The notes below the pieces were generated by a model that was not told where the DNA came from, did no database searches, and saw nothing but the letters and a program-made list of their open reading frames with translations. Below are positions 63,672 to 64,000 of a stretch of DNA of 64,000 nt, piece by piece; position 1 is the first letter of the stretch; every line of letters starts with the position of its first letter. The position numbers and the translations under genes are program-made. The stretch comes from a virus, in the IMG/VR virus record IMGVR_UViG_3300017598_000768, positions 1-64,000 of that record; one strand, 5' to 3'.

Positions 63672-64000
63672 CTACGTCGTGGTGGTTGTAGTCGTGGTTG
63701 TCGAGTAAGCTGGATCTGAGAACGTGATCAACGCATCGTCATTACTGTAATAGGTTGCTTTAATCCATTCATCAGCTCGAACGATTTTTGAGAGTCTTAT
63801 TTCATCAAGCTCACCAGCATACTCCCTTTCGTTTCCTAAGTCGTCCTGTGCACCTATTCTAAAGTCCTGCGTATGTGTATCAAGAGCACTTGTCTGGGTG
63901 TTGTCTGTACCCTGTGAAACTCCATTTCTCCACAGTTCGCTACCAACCCCAGCTTCAAACGTTCCAGCTATGTGCTGATATCCTGACGTGTGTCCAAGCA
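63672..64000 (-). CDS. LamG/DUF2341-like virion protein, C-terminal part (partial), ending in S-T9
   Basis: Own translation: ...FRIGAQ..EYAGELDEIRLSKIVRADEWIKATYYSNDDALITFSDPAYSTTTTTTTTT*. Confidence 0.7.
   Translation of the reverse strand, partial: LGHTSGYQHIAGTFEAGVGSELWRNGVSQGTDNTQTSALDTHTQDFRIGAQDDLGNEREYAGELDEIRLSKIVRADEWIKATYYSNDDALITFSDPAYSTTTTTTTTT

Overview
The window is a 64-kb fragment of a tailed dsDNA phage (Caudoviricetes, siphovirus-like GTA/BR0599-type tail tip). It probably infects a Gram-negative host, given strong AGGAGG ribosome-binding sites, sigma70 promoters, an M15 endolysin and a lipoprotein. Essentially all genes are on the minus strand in standard code. Read from 64000 down to 1, the order is: tail tip/baseplate; lysis; accessory virion proteins; a glycosyltransferase/acyltransferase/methyltransferase block (40.2-47.8 kb); a UDG-fused family A DNA polymerase with an HNH intein; portal and MuF-peptidase; a DUF1257/DUF2997 module; a probable origin; replication/recombination genes; a Ycf46-like AAA ATPase; a second sugar-biosynthesis block with an embedded tRNA-Gly (7.1-14 kb); ParB; terminase; a thymidylate synthase homolog. 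No integrase, major capsid gene or CRISPR array was seen. The most notable signals are: (1) a 16-bp palindrome TTGCAAGCG(C/A)TTGCAA repeated about 15 times across the window; (2) a tRNA-Gly with non-proteinogenic hallmarks (C37, A51-U63) inside an amino-sugar pathway at a ParB-terminase locus; (3) virion proteins ending in poly-Thr tails next to a glycosylation block; (4) a tail-tip protein split mid-domain, with two alternative N-halves; (5) a shared terminal VRTIRF peptide on unrelated proteins; (6) a plus-strand small RNA whose loop is complementary to a hairpin loop 14 kb away. All product calls come from motif recognition by eye; no database searches were run.
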